Of a stretch of DNA of 64,000 nt, positions 11,071-20,895 are shown one piece after another (positions within the stretch are counted from its first letter, which is position 1; each line of letters begins with the position of its first letter). The stretch is from assembly GCA_045046875.1 (NCBI GenBank), contig JASFYY010000118.1, forward strand, positions 1 through 64,000. The letters run 5' to 3'. This stretch comes from Verrucomicrobiota bacterium. GTDB taxonomy: Bacteria > Verrucomicrobiota > Verrucomicrobiia > Verrucomicrobiales > DEV007. Made by a program: the position numbers and the translations under genes. Under the pieces are notes generated by a model. The model made no database searches. It worked only from the letters and a program-made list of their open reading frames with translations, and had not been told where the DNA came from.

Positions 11071-13950
11071 ATGATATTCCGTTCTTCACTAGCTTCGTTT
11101 TTTGCCTCTGCTTTTTTCATCAGCACCTCACTGTCTAGTCTTGCTGCTGCCCCAAAAAGCGAATCCTTTTTTGAATCCAAAATTGCGCCCATTCTCGAAG
11201 CGAATTGCCTCGAGTGTCACAACAGCAATGTCAGCAAAGGAAATTTGTCACTGACATCCCTCAAGGAAACACTTGCTGGTGGCGAAGATGGCCCAGGGTT
11301 GATTCCATCCAATCCCGACAAAAGCCGCTTGGTCCAATACATCAGTGGACCGGATCCGGACATGCCTAAAAAGAAGGACGCCCTTTCTGCCGATCAAGTG
11401 AAACTGATTCGCCAGTGGATTGCCAAAGGAGCCGACTGGCCCATGCAAGTGGTGCTGCGCGAAAAATCCAAAGGCGATAAATCCTGGTGGGCCTACATTC
11501 CACTCTCGGACAAAAAACCGCCCTCCCCAGCTAAGCTCCCTCCCGAATGGAGCCTCAACCCGATTGACCGTTACATTTTTGCCGGACTGGCAGAAAAAAA
11601 GCTCCAACCCAACCCGCCGGCTGACCGCCACGCGCTCATCCGCAGAGTGACTTACGACCTCACCGGACTGCCTCCCACTGCAAAAGAAATCGATACTTTT
11701 GTCAACGACTCCGGCCCCACCGCCTACCGCCAACTCATCGAACGGTTGCTCGATTCACCTGCTTATGGTGAACGCTGGGGGCGTCACTGGTTGGATGTGA
11801 TTCGTTTTGGTGAAAGCATCGGTTTTGAGCGTAACGGCATCATCGACAATGCCTGGCCCTTCCGTGACTACGTGATCAAATCATTCAACGACGACAAACC
11901 CTTCGACCAATTCACCCTGGAGCATCTTGCTGGTGACGTCATAGCTCCCAACAATCCTGCCATCGAAGTTGGCACGACTTTTCTAGTCTGTGGCCCTTTC
12001 GACAATGTCGGCAATCAGGACCTTGTTCAGAAAGCCCAGATCCGCGCCAATACGATTGATGAAATTGTCCGCGCCACTGGCGAAGCTTTTCTCGCTACCA
12101 CCATCGGATGCGCCCGCTGCCACGACCACAAATTTGATCCTGTGAGGCAGGAAGATTATTACGCTCTTTATGCCACCTTCGCCGGTGTCAAACACGGTGC
12201 CCGTGTCATCGCGCCCGCCAAAGACAAAAAAGCACGTGCTGACAAACTGAAATTACTCACCGATAACAAAAACAAGCTCAGCAAAGAAAAATCTTCCCTG
12301 GAAAATAGCGTCATGGCTCGGGCGGAAAAAAAGGCATCCAGCTATGACGCCGCTTATACCCGCCCCGCAACCGAGCGTTACGGAACCGAAGAAACCTTTG
12401 CTCCGGTCAAAGCAAAACACCTGCGATTCACTTCTGAAGGTTTAGACACCAATCCCAACGCAAGCTCGGGTTTTCGTCTCGACGAATTTGAAGTCTGGAC
12501 CTCCGGCAAAAAAACACGCAATGTTGCCCTCGCTAGCAATGGAGGAAGCGCCGAAGGGAAAAGCCGCATCGCCGGTGACTTTGCAGGAGCTTACGGAGCA
12601 CAGCTCACTATCGACGGTAAATTTGGAGCTCGCTGGGTGGCATCTTCACCGCAACTGACCATCACCTTCGCAAAGCCTGAAACCATCCAACGGGTCTTCT
12701 TCTCCAGTGACCGGCTCAAACAGCTGGTCAAACACAGCAAAACCACCTTCGTCGGAGAATACCGCATTGAAATTTCAACCGACGGCAAAAACTGGACCGA
12801 AGTCGCCAACTCCCACGACCGCAAAGCGGCCACTGCCGCCCAACGAAAAAAACGTTTCCTCAAACTAGAAACCCAAGCCGATGAAGGCAAACGCCTTGCC
12901 GCCATTTCCGCCGAACTCAGAAAAACCGAAACCGCCATCACTGCTCTTCCAACCCTTCCCTCTTGGTGGGTCGGACAGTTTGCCGAACCTCCTGAAAAGA
13001 GTTTCCACGTTTTTATCGGTGGCAGCCCCCAACGACCGGGCGCCAGCGTATTGCCCGCCAGCCTCTCAACCTTGAGCGAAGTCACGCCCTCATACCAATT
13101 AAAAAACGAAAGCCCGGAAAAAGAACGCCGCCTGGCACTGGCAAAATGGATCATCAACCAAGACAATCCGCTCACCCCACGGGTGCTCGCCAACCGCCTG
13201 TGGCATTACCACTTTGGCACTGGCTTGGTGGATACTCCCAGCGACTTTGGTTATATGGGATCCAAACCCACCCACCCCGAACTGCTCGACTGGCTCGCCC
13301 GTCGAATTCATCAAACCGGCTGGCGTCTGAAAGACGTGCACCGTGACATCCTGCTCTCCCAAACCTACCAACAGTCCTCCGCCTACCGCAGCGACGCCGC
13401 CAAGGTCGACTCTGATTCCCGCCTCTTGTGGCGCTTCCCTCCCCGCCGCCTCTCCGCAGAAGAAATCCGCGATACGCTGCTGACCCTCTCTGGCAAGCTC
13501 AACAACAAAATGGGCGGCCCCGGCTTCCGTTTATACCAATACCTGGTGGACAACGTATCAACTTACGTCCCGCTCGACCACCACGGCCCGGAAACCTGGC
13601 GACGCTCGGTTTACCATCAAAACGCCCGCGCCGCTTTTGTCGATCTGCTCTCCGAATTCGACTGCCCCGACAATGCTTTTGCCACCCCGAGGCGTTCTTC
13701 CACCACCACACCCTTACAGGCGCTCACCCTGATGAATCATAGCTTCACAGTTGAAATGGCTGGATTTTTCGCCCAGCGACTGAAACAAAAAAACGTCGCC
13801 GCGCAAGTGGATGAAGCTTTTTTGCTCGCCTACGGCAGACCTCCCGCCACAAAGGAAAAACAAGCCGCCACCCAACTCATCCAACAACACGGGCTCACCG
13901 CATTCTGCCGTGCCTTGCTCAACTCCAACGAATTGATCTATCTCAACTAA
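11071..13950 (+). CDS. Planctomycete cytochrome c / DUF1549 / DUF1553 protein with discoidin-like insert
   Basis: CLECH and [11 protein letters not shown] heme motifs, YGERWGRHWLD, PTHPELLDWLA; central F5/8C-like segment; start chosen at ATG 11071. Confidence 0.9.
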   Translation: MIFRSSLASFFASAFFISTSLSSLAAAPKSESFFESKIAPILEANCLECHNSNVSKGNLSLTSLKETLAGGEDGPGLIPSNPDKSRLVQYISGPDPDMPKKKDALSADQVKLIRQWIAKGADWPMQVVLREKSKGDKSWWAYIPLSDKKPPSPAKLPPEWSLNPIDRYIFAGLAEKKLQPNPPADRHALIRRVTYDLTGLPPTAKEIDTFVNDSGPTAYRQLIERLLDSPAYGERWGRHWLDVIRFGESIGFERNGIIDNAWPFRDYVIKSFNDDKPFDQFTLEHLAGDVIAPNNPAIEVGTTFLVCGPFDNVGNQDLVQKAQIRANTIDEIVRATGEAFLATTIGCARCHDHKFDPVRQEDYYALYATFAGVKHGARVIAPAKDKKARADKLKLLTDNKNKLSKEKSSLENSVMARAEKKASSYDAAYTRPATERYGTEETFAPVKAKHLRFTSEGLDTNPNASSGFRLDEFEVWTSGKKTRNVALASNGGSAEGKSRIAGDFAGAYGAQLTIDGKFGARWVASSPQLTITFAKPETIQRVFFSSDRLKQLVKHSKTTFVGEYRIEISTDGKNWTEVANSHDRKAATAAQRKKRFLKLETQADEGKRLAAISAELRKTETAITALPTLPSWWVGQFAEPPEKSFHVFIGGSPQRPGASVLPASLSTLSEVTPSYQLKNESPEKERRLALAKWIINQDNPLTPRVLANRLWHYHFGTGLVDTPSDFGYMGSKPTHPELLDWLARRIHQTGWRLKDVHRDILLSQTYQQSSAYRSDAAKVDSDSRLLWRFPPRRLSAEEIRDTLLTLSGKLNNKMGGPGFRLYQYLVDNVSTYVPLDHHGPETWRRSVYHQNARAAFVDLLSEFDCPDNAFATPRRSSTTTPLQALTLMNHSFTVEMAGFFAQRLKQKNVAAQVDEAFLLAYGRPPATKEKQAATQLIQQHGLTAFCRALLNSNELIYLN

Positions 13951-13990
13951 TTTCCTGTATTACCGACATCCTGCCGATAATTTCCCCGCC

Positions 13991-15463
13991 ATGACACCGG
14001 AAAAACCTCAGCTCATGAACATCCCTCCCCACCTCCAATCCCGCCGCGATTTTCTGGGAAATATCCAGACCGGTCTGATGGGCATCGCCCTGTCCGACCT
14101 GCTGCAAACCGATGCCAGCGCCACGACTTCATCAACGGTTGCCCAGTGGTTACCTGGACGCGGAAGCTGCCACCACCACCCCAAGGCCAAACGGGTTTTG
14201 CAAATTTTCTGCCCCGGAGCGGCCTCGCACATGGATCTGTGGGAGCACAAACCCGAGCTCGACAAATGGCACGGCAAACCCCTTCCCGGTGAAGAAAACC
14301 TGGTTTCTTTTCAGGGCAAAAATGGCAACTTGATGAAATCCCCCTGGCCTTTCATCAAACAAGGGCAATCCGGCAAAGCGATCAGCAGCCTACTTCCCCA
14401 CCTTGGACAACACGTCGATGACATTGCCTTCATCCACTCGATGCACTCCGACACCAATACCCACGGCCCCGGCTGTGTGTTCATGAATACTGGCCAACCC
14501 ACCGAAGGCTTTCCCAGTGCCGGAGCCTGGCTCAGTTACGCTCTAGGCAGCGCCAATCAAAATTTACCTACTTACATCTGCATCCCCGACATCCGCGGCG
14601 AGCCGCCTAACGGCAAAGCCAACTGGAGCAACGGCTTTTTACCCGCCCAGCATCAGGCCATCGTGATGAACGCCCAACAGCCCATCCGCAACCTGACCCT
14701 GCCCGCTGGTATCAACGCCAAACAAGAATCCGCCTCGCGTGATTTTCTTCGCCAACTCAATCAACAACACATCGAACGCAATCCCGGCAACTCCAATCTG
14801 CAAGCCCGCATGGCCTCCTACGAATTGGCTGCCCGCATGCAACTGTCCGCGCCCGAGGTCTCCGATCTCAAATCCGAGCCCAAATCCATCCACAAACTTT
14901 ACGGCACCGAAGATCCCAACCGGCTCAAATCCGCTTACGCCAAAAACTGCCTGCTCGCCCGCCGCTTCCTCGAACGCGGCGTTCGTTACGTCAATCTCTA
15001 TTGCTCGTCCCGCGCCTCTGGCGTTGATGGGCTGCTCAACTGGGATGCCCACAAAACGCTCAAATCCGACTACGAACGCCACTGTCCGGTTCTCGACCAA
15101 GCCACCGCAGCTCTGCTCACTGACCTCAAACAGCGCGGCATGCTCGAAGACACTCTCATCCTTTGGACCACCGAATTTGGACGCATGCCAACCCATCAGG
15201 CGGGCACCGCTGGACGCGACCACAACCCCGACGGTTTCACCTGCTGGATGATGGGAGGCGGCATCAAAGGTGGCACCAGTTACGGATCCACCGACGAGTT
15301 CGGTCGCCGTGCACAGGACAAACCCACCACCGTCTGGGATTTCTACGCCACAGCACTTCACCTGCTCGGTTTCGATCACGAAAAACTCAGTTACTACAAC
15401 AACGGCCTCGATCGACGCCTAACCGGCGTAGAAGGAAATCTAATCCGTGGGATCATGGCCTGA
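13991..15463 (+). CDS. DUF1501 domain protein (Tat-exported, sulfatase-like)
   Basis: SRRDFL, KAKRVLQIF..GAASHMDL, WDAH, EFGRMP, GRDH; follows DUF1553 gene. Confidence 0.92.
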   Translation: MTPEKPQLMNIPPHLQSRRDFLGNIQTGLMGIALSDLLQTDASATTSSTVAQWLPGRGSCHHHPKAKRVLQIFCPGAASHMDLWEHKPELDKWHGKPLPGEENLVSFQGKNGNLMKSPWPFIKQGQSGKAISSLLPHLGQHVDDIAFIHSMHSDTNTHGPGCVFMNTGQPTEGFPSAGAWLSYALGSANQNLPTYICIPDIRGEPPNGKANWSNGFLPAQHQAIVMNAQQPIRNLTLPAGINAKQESASRDFLRQLNQQHIERNPGNSNLQARMASYELAARMQLSAPEVSDLKSEPKSIHKLYGTEDPNRLKSAYAKNCLLARRFLERGVRYVNLYCSSRASGVDGLLNWDAHKTLKSDYERHCPVLDQATAALLTDLKQRGMLEDTLILWTTEFGRMPTHQAGTAGRDHNPDGFTCWMMGGGIKGGTSYGSTDEFGRRAQDKPTTVWDFYATALHLLGFDHEKLSYYNNGLDRRLTGVEGNLIRGIMA

Positions 15464-15479
15464 CCTCGTCCCGATTTGT

Positions 15480-15884
15480 TCACAATTTTCCTGAGATTTT
15501 AAGAAGCTTGACCTTCTGACGGTTGTATTCTGACGCAAAATAAAACGCGGCTAGATTGAAATTACGATGCGCATCACTGACAATCGCGTCAGAAGTTCCT
15601 TTGATATGTTTCACTCCATGCTTCTCCGCCACCAACTTCCCCACTTCAAAATCCAAACCAGGGTAATACAGACTATAACTGCTGGCTGAAAATATCCCGT
15701 AAGAAGCCCGCTCAAAGTCAGTTACTGCCTCTTTGACAGCTTTCTTAGCTTCAAACTCTCTGGTTCGACGGCGATAACTTGCATCGCTCGCGCCATCTGA
15801 ACCTCCCTGCCCTTGATTCAAGTCCGCACAGCCTTGAAAAACAAAAATCACCAGTAGCGAACAATAGACCCATGCAAATTTCAT
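15480..15884 (-). CDS. Hypothetical lipoprotein
   Basis: MKFAWVYCSLLVIFVFQGC has a signal with lipobox-like FQGC; 134 aa. Confidence 0.5.
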   Translation of the reverse strand: MKFAWVYCSLLVIFVFQGCADLNQGQGGSDGASDASYRRRTREFEAKKAVKEAVTDFERASYGIFSASSYSLYYPGLDFEVGKLVAEKHGVKHIKGTSDAIVSDAHRNFNLAAFYFASEYNRQKVKLLKISGKL

Positions 15885-15887
15885 CAC

Positions 15888-15950
15888 CGACTTCTCTGTC
15901 CCTTCATGATTAAAATCATCATCTTTGCGCTCTTTGCGCCTTTGCGAGAA
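15888..15950. repeat. Short tandem-type intergenic repeats
   Basis: tctttgcgctctttgcgcctttgcgaga (three ctttgcg units) plus cttctctgtcccttcatgattaa. Confidence 0.5.
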
Positions 15951-15976
15951 ACCCTCATCCCATTCCCAATCGGATC

Positions 15977-16816
15977 TCACTTCCCCTTCTTCCCATAACC
16001 CTTCGCCGGGGTTCCATCTTCCTGCAGCTTGCCGCAAGTCCACAGCAAACCACGCGTCAATAAATCCAGATAGACCGGATCCAACATCGTCTCATTGTGA
16101 TGCCCAATCGTCGTTCCAAAGGTTTTACAGCCTTTGTATTCGTTCACCCAAATACAAGTCTGCGCCGCTTCTGTTGAAGGGATCTTCCCCTCCGCCAAAG
16201 CCGTCGCCGAGTCCCATACCTTGGCATCGGGATGAGCTTTCGAATTGGTATTATAAAGCTCCCCCTGCGGCGTCACCCAATCATCCGGCAAAGCCTTGAT
16301 CACCGGATGCGTTTTATTTAATTTAGCCAGCTTGATCGGACTCTTTTTGCCGTGATTAAAAGAACTCACTCCAATCAATTTACGGTATTCGTCCGTCTTC
16401 GCCGCACGATAGGAATGCATCGAACAATGCAATACCACCACTCCCACTCCGTAATCCGTATGAGCCTTGACCATCGCGTTGACAAAATCGTCATCCGCCA
16501 CTCCGCCATAACACTCATTATGAACAATCACATCATAATCCTTGGCCCAATCCTTTTTTTTGTAGATCCCAATCTGATGCTCCCGCCCCTCAAATTGCTC
16601 GTAAACCAAATCCCACACCACCTTGGCCCGCTCGCTCACCCCGTCCATGATGATGCGTTTCTGCATATCATAATCATGACAACAACCCCCGGTGATCAAC
16701 AAAGCTCTAATCGCAGCTGGACCATCTGCTTTCTTTTTTTTCTGCGCCTGCAGATCCAGAGTCGTCAACAAAGTGAAAGAAAGAAACAATAAAATATATA
16801 CAGGGAGTCTTTTCAT
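15977..16816 (-). CDS. ThuA domain-containing secreted protein
   Basis: Signal peptide; LLITGGCCHDY, LHCSMHSYR, ELY, FGTTIGH. Confidence 0.85.
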   Translation of the reverse strand: MKRLPVYILLFLSFTLLTTLDLQAQKKKKADGPAAIRALLITGGCCHDYDMQKRIIMDGVSERAKVVWDLVYEQFEGREHQIGIYKKKDWAKDYDVIVHNECYGGVADDDFVNAMVKAHTDYGVGVVVLHCSMHSYRAAKTDEYRKLIGVSSFNHGKKSPIKLAKLNKTHPVIKALPDDWVTPQGELYNTNSKAHPDAKVWDSATALAEGKIPSTEAAQTCIWVNEYKGCKTFGTTIGHHNETMLDPVYLDLLTRGLLWTCGKLQEDGTPAKGYGKKGK

Positions 16817-16859
16817 AAATCTTCTTTCCCACGAAATCGATCTCTTTGCAAGTAACCTC

Positions 16860-17270
16860 TCACCGCGGTAAATAACAAAGTAAATACAGCCAGTTGAGCA
16901 GTAACAACACCGTGATCACAACTCCCCACCACTTGCCCGGCTTGCTTGCTGTCTGACTGACACCTCCGCCCGCCCCAACTTGATACCTCGCCAACTTGAT
17001 CGTGCTCACGGTCCAGACAAACCACAGCACGATCACTGCCACCGCCAACACCACCAACGGATTAAAGCCTGCAGCCTCGCCAAGCTCCCCTCTGGACAAA
17101 GCCTTCATCGCCCGTGTCCCTCCACAGCCTACACAAGGCACCCCCGTCAACGTGCGCAGCGAACACTGTGGAGCCTTCACCGGCCAGGCATCATAAGTTC
17201 TTGCTGCGAGCAACAAAAACACTACCGCCAACAAACTCACCGACGGAGCCACCAATCGATCATAACGCAT
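16860..17270 (-). CDS. DUF2752 family membrane protein
   Basis: CSLRTLTGVPCVGCGGTRA..NPL motif; start chosen at ATG 17270. Confidence 0.85.
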   Translation of the reverse strand: MRYDRLVAPSVSLLAVVFLLLAARTYDAWPVKAPQCSLRTLTGVPCVGCGGTRAMKALSRGELGEAAGFNPLVVLAVAVIVLWFVWTVSTIKLARYQVGAGGGVSQTASKPGKWWGVVITVLLLLNWLYLLCYLPR

Positions 17271-17271
17271 A

Positions 17272-18294
17272 TCACTGATCCCCTGATTCAAGCGCACGCA
17301 AGCGCTGTCGCCCGAATACACCTTCGTAAAAACACGCCAGAGCCAGCATGCTCCAAGGCAGGGTAAAAAACAGTCCCACACAAATCATTACAGTTCCCAT
17401 CAGGCTCACCAATCCAAGCAACATCCCAAATAACATACAAGCAAACCAGTGTTTGTTTACCGCCTTCATGCTCAGTGACATTGACGACCAGAAATCTATT
17501 TTTTTATCGACACACAACAAACCCGCAAACATCCAAGCCACATTAATATAGATTAAAGGTATAAGCAGAACAATCACTCCGAGAACCACGATTGAAACAC
17601 CTGCCACCTCGGAGAACTTATCAATCGCGACCGTGCCACCCAATATCACTAAAATACCCGGAACCATAACTGCCAACATAAGTAATCCTGACACCAAAGC
17701 CATAAGAATCAGCTGCCAAAAATTACGACTGAACCCTGAAAAGCTGTCTTCCATTCGAGCACTCTTCCCGCGCACTTTAAGCAGCATATAATAGGAAAGC
17801 CCCGCAAACAGCGGAGTGGCCAGCAATCCACCAAAGGGGGCCTGGGAAGCCACCGAATAAATAATCAATATGACAGCAGTAACACCCACCATCGGCCAAA
17901 AGTCTGCAGTGTACAACTGCCAGGCCTGATTAAAATACCGACTTGCGCTCGGATCATAATCACCCACATCCTCACTGCCTTCGACCTCGCTGCCCTCCAT
18001 CAGATGTTGAACAAAATCCTCTCGATGATCAGGCAAAATCCAGCGTTCGCCATAAGGAACCATTTCACTCTTGGGTCTCACCTCTCCCGAATGAGCGCAT
18101 ACCGCCAGTTCCTCCCCTTGCTCGTTTTTTAAAATGTCCGCTTTTTCCAGCGGCATCCAATCAGCCAATCCTTCCCGCCACACCAAACTCGTCAAACTCA
18201 GATCCCCCGCCTCGAATAGGCGCACCAAATCAGCCGCATCTACCGGCCCGTTTTGTTTGCCTGCTTTTTCATAATACCATTCCATTGAATTCAA
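17272..18294 (-). CDS. GYF_2 (DUF4339) domain membrane protein
   Basis: N-terminal WYY....QNGPV...LVWREGLADWMP followed by several TM helices. Confidence 0.85.
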   Translation of the reverse strand: MNSMEWYYEKAGKQNGPVDAADLVRLFEAGDLSLTSLVWREGLADWMPLEKADILKNEQGEELAVCAHSGEVRPKSEMVPYGERWILPDHREDFVQHLMEGSEVEGSEDVGDYDPSASRYFNQAWQLYTADFWPMVGVTAVILIIYSVASQAPFGGLLATPLFAGLSYYMLLKVRGKSARMEDSFSGFSRNFWQLILMALVSGLLMLAVMVPGILVILGGTVAIDKFSEVAGVSIVVLGVIVLLIPLIYINVAWMFAGLLCVDKKIDFWSSMSLSMKAVNKHWFACMLFGMLLGLVSLMGTVMICVGLFFTLPWSMLALACFYEGVFGRQRLRALESGDQ

Positions 18295-18344
18295 GATACG
18301 GAATCTAACGCAAAAGAAAACTTAAATCACCTAATACCCCTTCC

Positions 18345-19139
18345 TTACTTCACCACCTCTGCCAGAGGCTTGCGAAGTTGATTCATCAACACGTCATAAC
18401 CCCGCATCGTTAGATGAGTTCCATCCACCGTCAGCCCCCGCTTCCACGTTCCTGCTGTGGTCAAAAAACTATCGTGCACATTCAAAAAATCAATTTTACC
18501 CATCACCTCCAATTCACTCAAAGCCTGATTGGTTAAACGCACACTCCCTCTCAAAGCAGAACTCTGATCATAACCGTTTGGTAAGATCGACAACAACAAA
18601 ACCCGACTCCGAGGCAACTTCAACTGAATCACTTTCAACACCGCAGCCACTCCTCGCGCCACATCTTCAGGTTTGTCCGGTGGTGATTTGGATAAATTAT
18701 TCGTGCCCAACATCAGCACCACCAGCCCGGGCTGAATTTTCTCAAGCCCGCCATTCTTTAATCGCCACAGAATATTCTCCACCCGATCCGCCGCCATCCC
18801 CAGATTGGCCACCTTTTTATCATGAAACTCCAAGAGCCAAACCGGCGATCCTTCGTTGCTCCAAAATTCCGTCAAAGAATCTCCGACAAAACAAATCTCC
18901 GGTTTCACCGCATCCGCCTGACGGCTCAAGCGATTCGCCTTGCCCCCCCATCCCGAACTTTTCCCCGGCTCAGCTTTCCAAGGTTTTGATTCACTCTCGA
19001 CAGCAAATCCACCATCGACAGCCAGCACCCCAACACACCAAACCAAAAAAAAGCGGACTAAAAAGTCCGCTCTCTTTGTAATTGTAAAATCAAGCTCAGT
19101 CACATCCACATCCTCCACCGCAACAACCGTCTTTGGCAT
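18345..19139 (-). CDS. GDSL/SGNH hydrolase (PAF-acetylhydrolase-like)
   Basis: FVGDSLT, GTNN, DGTH; true start probably near 19040-19070 rather than 19139. Confidence 0.85.
   Translation of the reverse strand: MPKTVVAVEDVDVTELDFTITKRADFLVRFFLVWCVGVLAVDGGFAVESESKPWKAEPGKSSGWGGKANRLSRQADAVKPEICFVGDSLTEFWSNEGSPVWLLEFHDKKVANLGMAADRVENILWRLKNGGLEKIQPGLVVLMLGTNNLSKSPPDKPEDVARGVAAVLKVIQLKLPRSRVLLLSILPNGYDQSSALRGSVRLTNQALSELEVMGKIDFLNVHDSFLTTAGTWKRGLTVDGTHLTMRGYDVLMNQLRKPLAEVVK
19044..19071 (-). terminator. Putative intrinsic terminator after the ylbF-like gene
   Basis: agcggact-N4-agtccgct 8-bp stem followed by a T-run on the - strand. Confidence 0.6.
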
Positions 19140-19512
19140 TCATTTCTTTTTCCGTCGGAACCTTGCCGTTTTCGATCGTTTTAGAAACGTATTTTGACAC
19201 CTTCTGGTGCAAGGAATTCAATTCACTCTGCGCACTCATGAAGCTTTTCACCTTCAAATTCTCATCCGCAGCTTTACGCAAGGTTTCGTATTCGTCCAAA
19301 TCAGCATCCGTCACTTCCGCGCCGGAATGTTGTTTCTGATGCATTTCCTCCCCCTTTTGGGCAAAGTTCACATAAACCTCTTTAGAGGCCGGATCATCAA
19401 GCAGAGATTCAATCGATGCCACCCGCCCACGGTATTCTTCGTCCGCGAGAATGGTTTCACACAAGTCCTGGATTTTTTCGTCAATAGTTGTTTCAGCAGT
19501 CAGCGTTTGCAT
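19096..19512 (-). CDS. YlbF/YmcA family regulator
   Basis: Helical protein with C-terminal GCCGGGCGC tail; start chosen at ATG 19512. Confidence 0.75.
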   Translation of the reverse strand: MQTLTAETTIDEKIQDLCETILADEEYRGRVASIESLLDDPASKEVYVNFAQKGEEMHQKQHSGAEVTDADLDEYETLRKAADENLKVKSFMSAQSELNSLHQKVSKYVSKTIENGKVPTEKEMNAKDGCCGGGCGCD

Positions 19513-19631
19513 TACCCTACATAGCCCACTTTCACCGCTACCGCAAATCAATCACTTTGATCAATTTCTCCCTTTGGTAAAAGCCCAGTTTCCTGTAGTT
19601 TCCCATTTACCAAAAGCCAAACCCTATACCC

Positions 19632-20882
19632 ATGAAACCTTCATCCTTTCGCGCCACCCTGCTCGCTGCATTCATCATGACAAGCCAATCGCTGCCCGCT
19701 ATTCCCATTCATACCACCGCAAAAGAACTGCCGCACATTCCCCTGTGGCCCAAGGCCGCGCCCTACTCCCACGGTGACAGCGGCAGCGACCAACCCTTCT
19801 TCGACATCTATCTGCCCGAAGAAAAACTGCGCAACGGTGCGGCCGTCGTGGTCTGCCCCGGCGGAGGATACGGAGGGCTCGCCCTCGATCACGAAGGCAA
19901 ACAGATCGCCGAGTTCTACAACGCCTTCGGCGTCACCGCCTTTGTTTTGCATTACCGCCTCGGCCCCCATAAATATCACTTCCCCACCCAACTTGCCGAT
20001 GTGCAACGAGCTATGCGTTTTGCCCGCAGCCAGGCCCAGAAATACCACATCGACGCCAAACGCATCGGCGTGATGGGTTTTTCCGCCGGCGGCCACCTGG
20101 CTTCGATGGCAGCCACCAAGTTTGATGAAAAAGCTTACCCGGCCAGTGATGCCATCGACCAGGTATCCGCTCGACCGGATTTTGCCGTACTTTGTTACCC
20201 GGTCATCACCATGGATCCGGAATTCACCCACAAAGGCTCACGCAAAAACCTGCTCGGCCCGGACAAAAACGACGACCCCGAAGCGGCCGACCACGTCTCC
20301 TCCGAACTCAACATCACCGCCCAAACTCCACCGACCTTTCTCTTCCACACCAATGAGGACACCGCCGTACCAGCGGAAAACTCAGTGCGTTTCTACCTCG
20401 GTCTGCGCCAGCACAAAGTCCCTGCTGAGCTTCACATTTATCAAAAGGGACCTCATGGAGTCGGGCTGCAAAAAGGCGACCCCATTCTTGGCACTTGGGG
20501 CGGGCATCTCAAGGACTGGTTGCGCACTAATGATTTCCTCGCTCCGGCAGGGAGCCCCAAACGAGTCGCCGTCTCGGGTAAAGTCTCGCTCAACGGCACG
20601 CCGGTCAGCTGGGGCTCGATCACCTTCACTCCTGAAGATCCGAACCTGCCCTTCACCTCGACCGTGGTGCGTGGCGGAAAGTTTCGCACTACCGCTGACA
20701 ACGGCCCCGCCGCGGCGCCCTCTCTCATTTCCTTCGAAGCCTCAATCTGGGATGCCACCCACCAAACAGAAGACCGTGTCATACAATGTGATCGTTTGTC
20801 ACAAAACGACCCGCAACCGTTATCCCTCGATGTCGCCGCCCGAATGAAAGCGTTGCAATTCGAACTGACGCAAACAAACTGA
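19632..20882 (+). CDS. Alpha/beta hydrolase (esterase, BD-FAE-like) with C-terminal beta-sandwich domain
   Basis: PGGGY, GFSAGG nucleophile elbow, D..V, GPHG; C-terminal VSGKVSLNGTPVSWGSITFTP. Confidence 0.85.
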   Translation: MKPSSFRATLLAAFIMTSQSLPAIPIHTTAKELPHIPLWPKAAPYSHGDSGSDQPFFDIYLPEEKLRNGAAVVVCPGGGYGGLALDHEGKQIAEFYNAFGVTAFVLHYRLGPHKYHFPTQLADVQRAMRFARSQAQKYHIDAKRIGVMGFSAGGHLASMAATKFDEKAYPASDAIDQVSARPDFAVLCYPVITMDPEFTHKGSRKNLLGPDKNDDPEAADHVSSELNITAQTPPTFLFHTNEDTAVPAENSVRFYLGLRQHKVPAELHIYQKGPHGVGLQKGDPILGTWGGHLKDWLRTNDFLAPAGSPKRVAVSGKVSLNGTPVSWGSITFTPEDPNLPFTSTVVRGGKFRTTADNGPAAAPSLISFEASIWDATHQTEDRVIQCDRLSQNDPQPLSLDVAARMKALQFELTQTN

Positions 20883-20895
20883 CCCGAACTTCCTC

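Noticed and set aside
15885..16043. N-terminal extension of the 187-aa ORF 15480-16043
   Set aside because: It overlaps the ThuA gene and reads through repeats; ATG 15884 with a signal peptide is more plausible.
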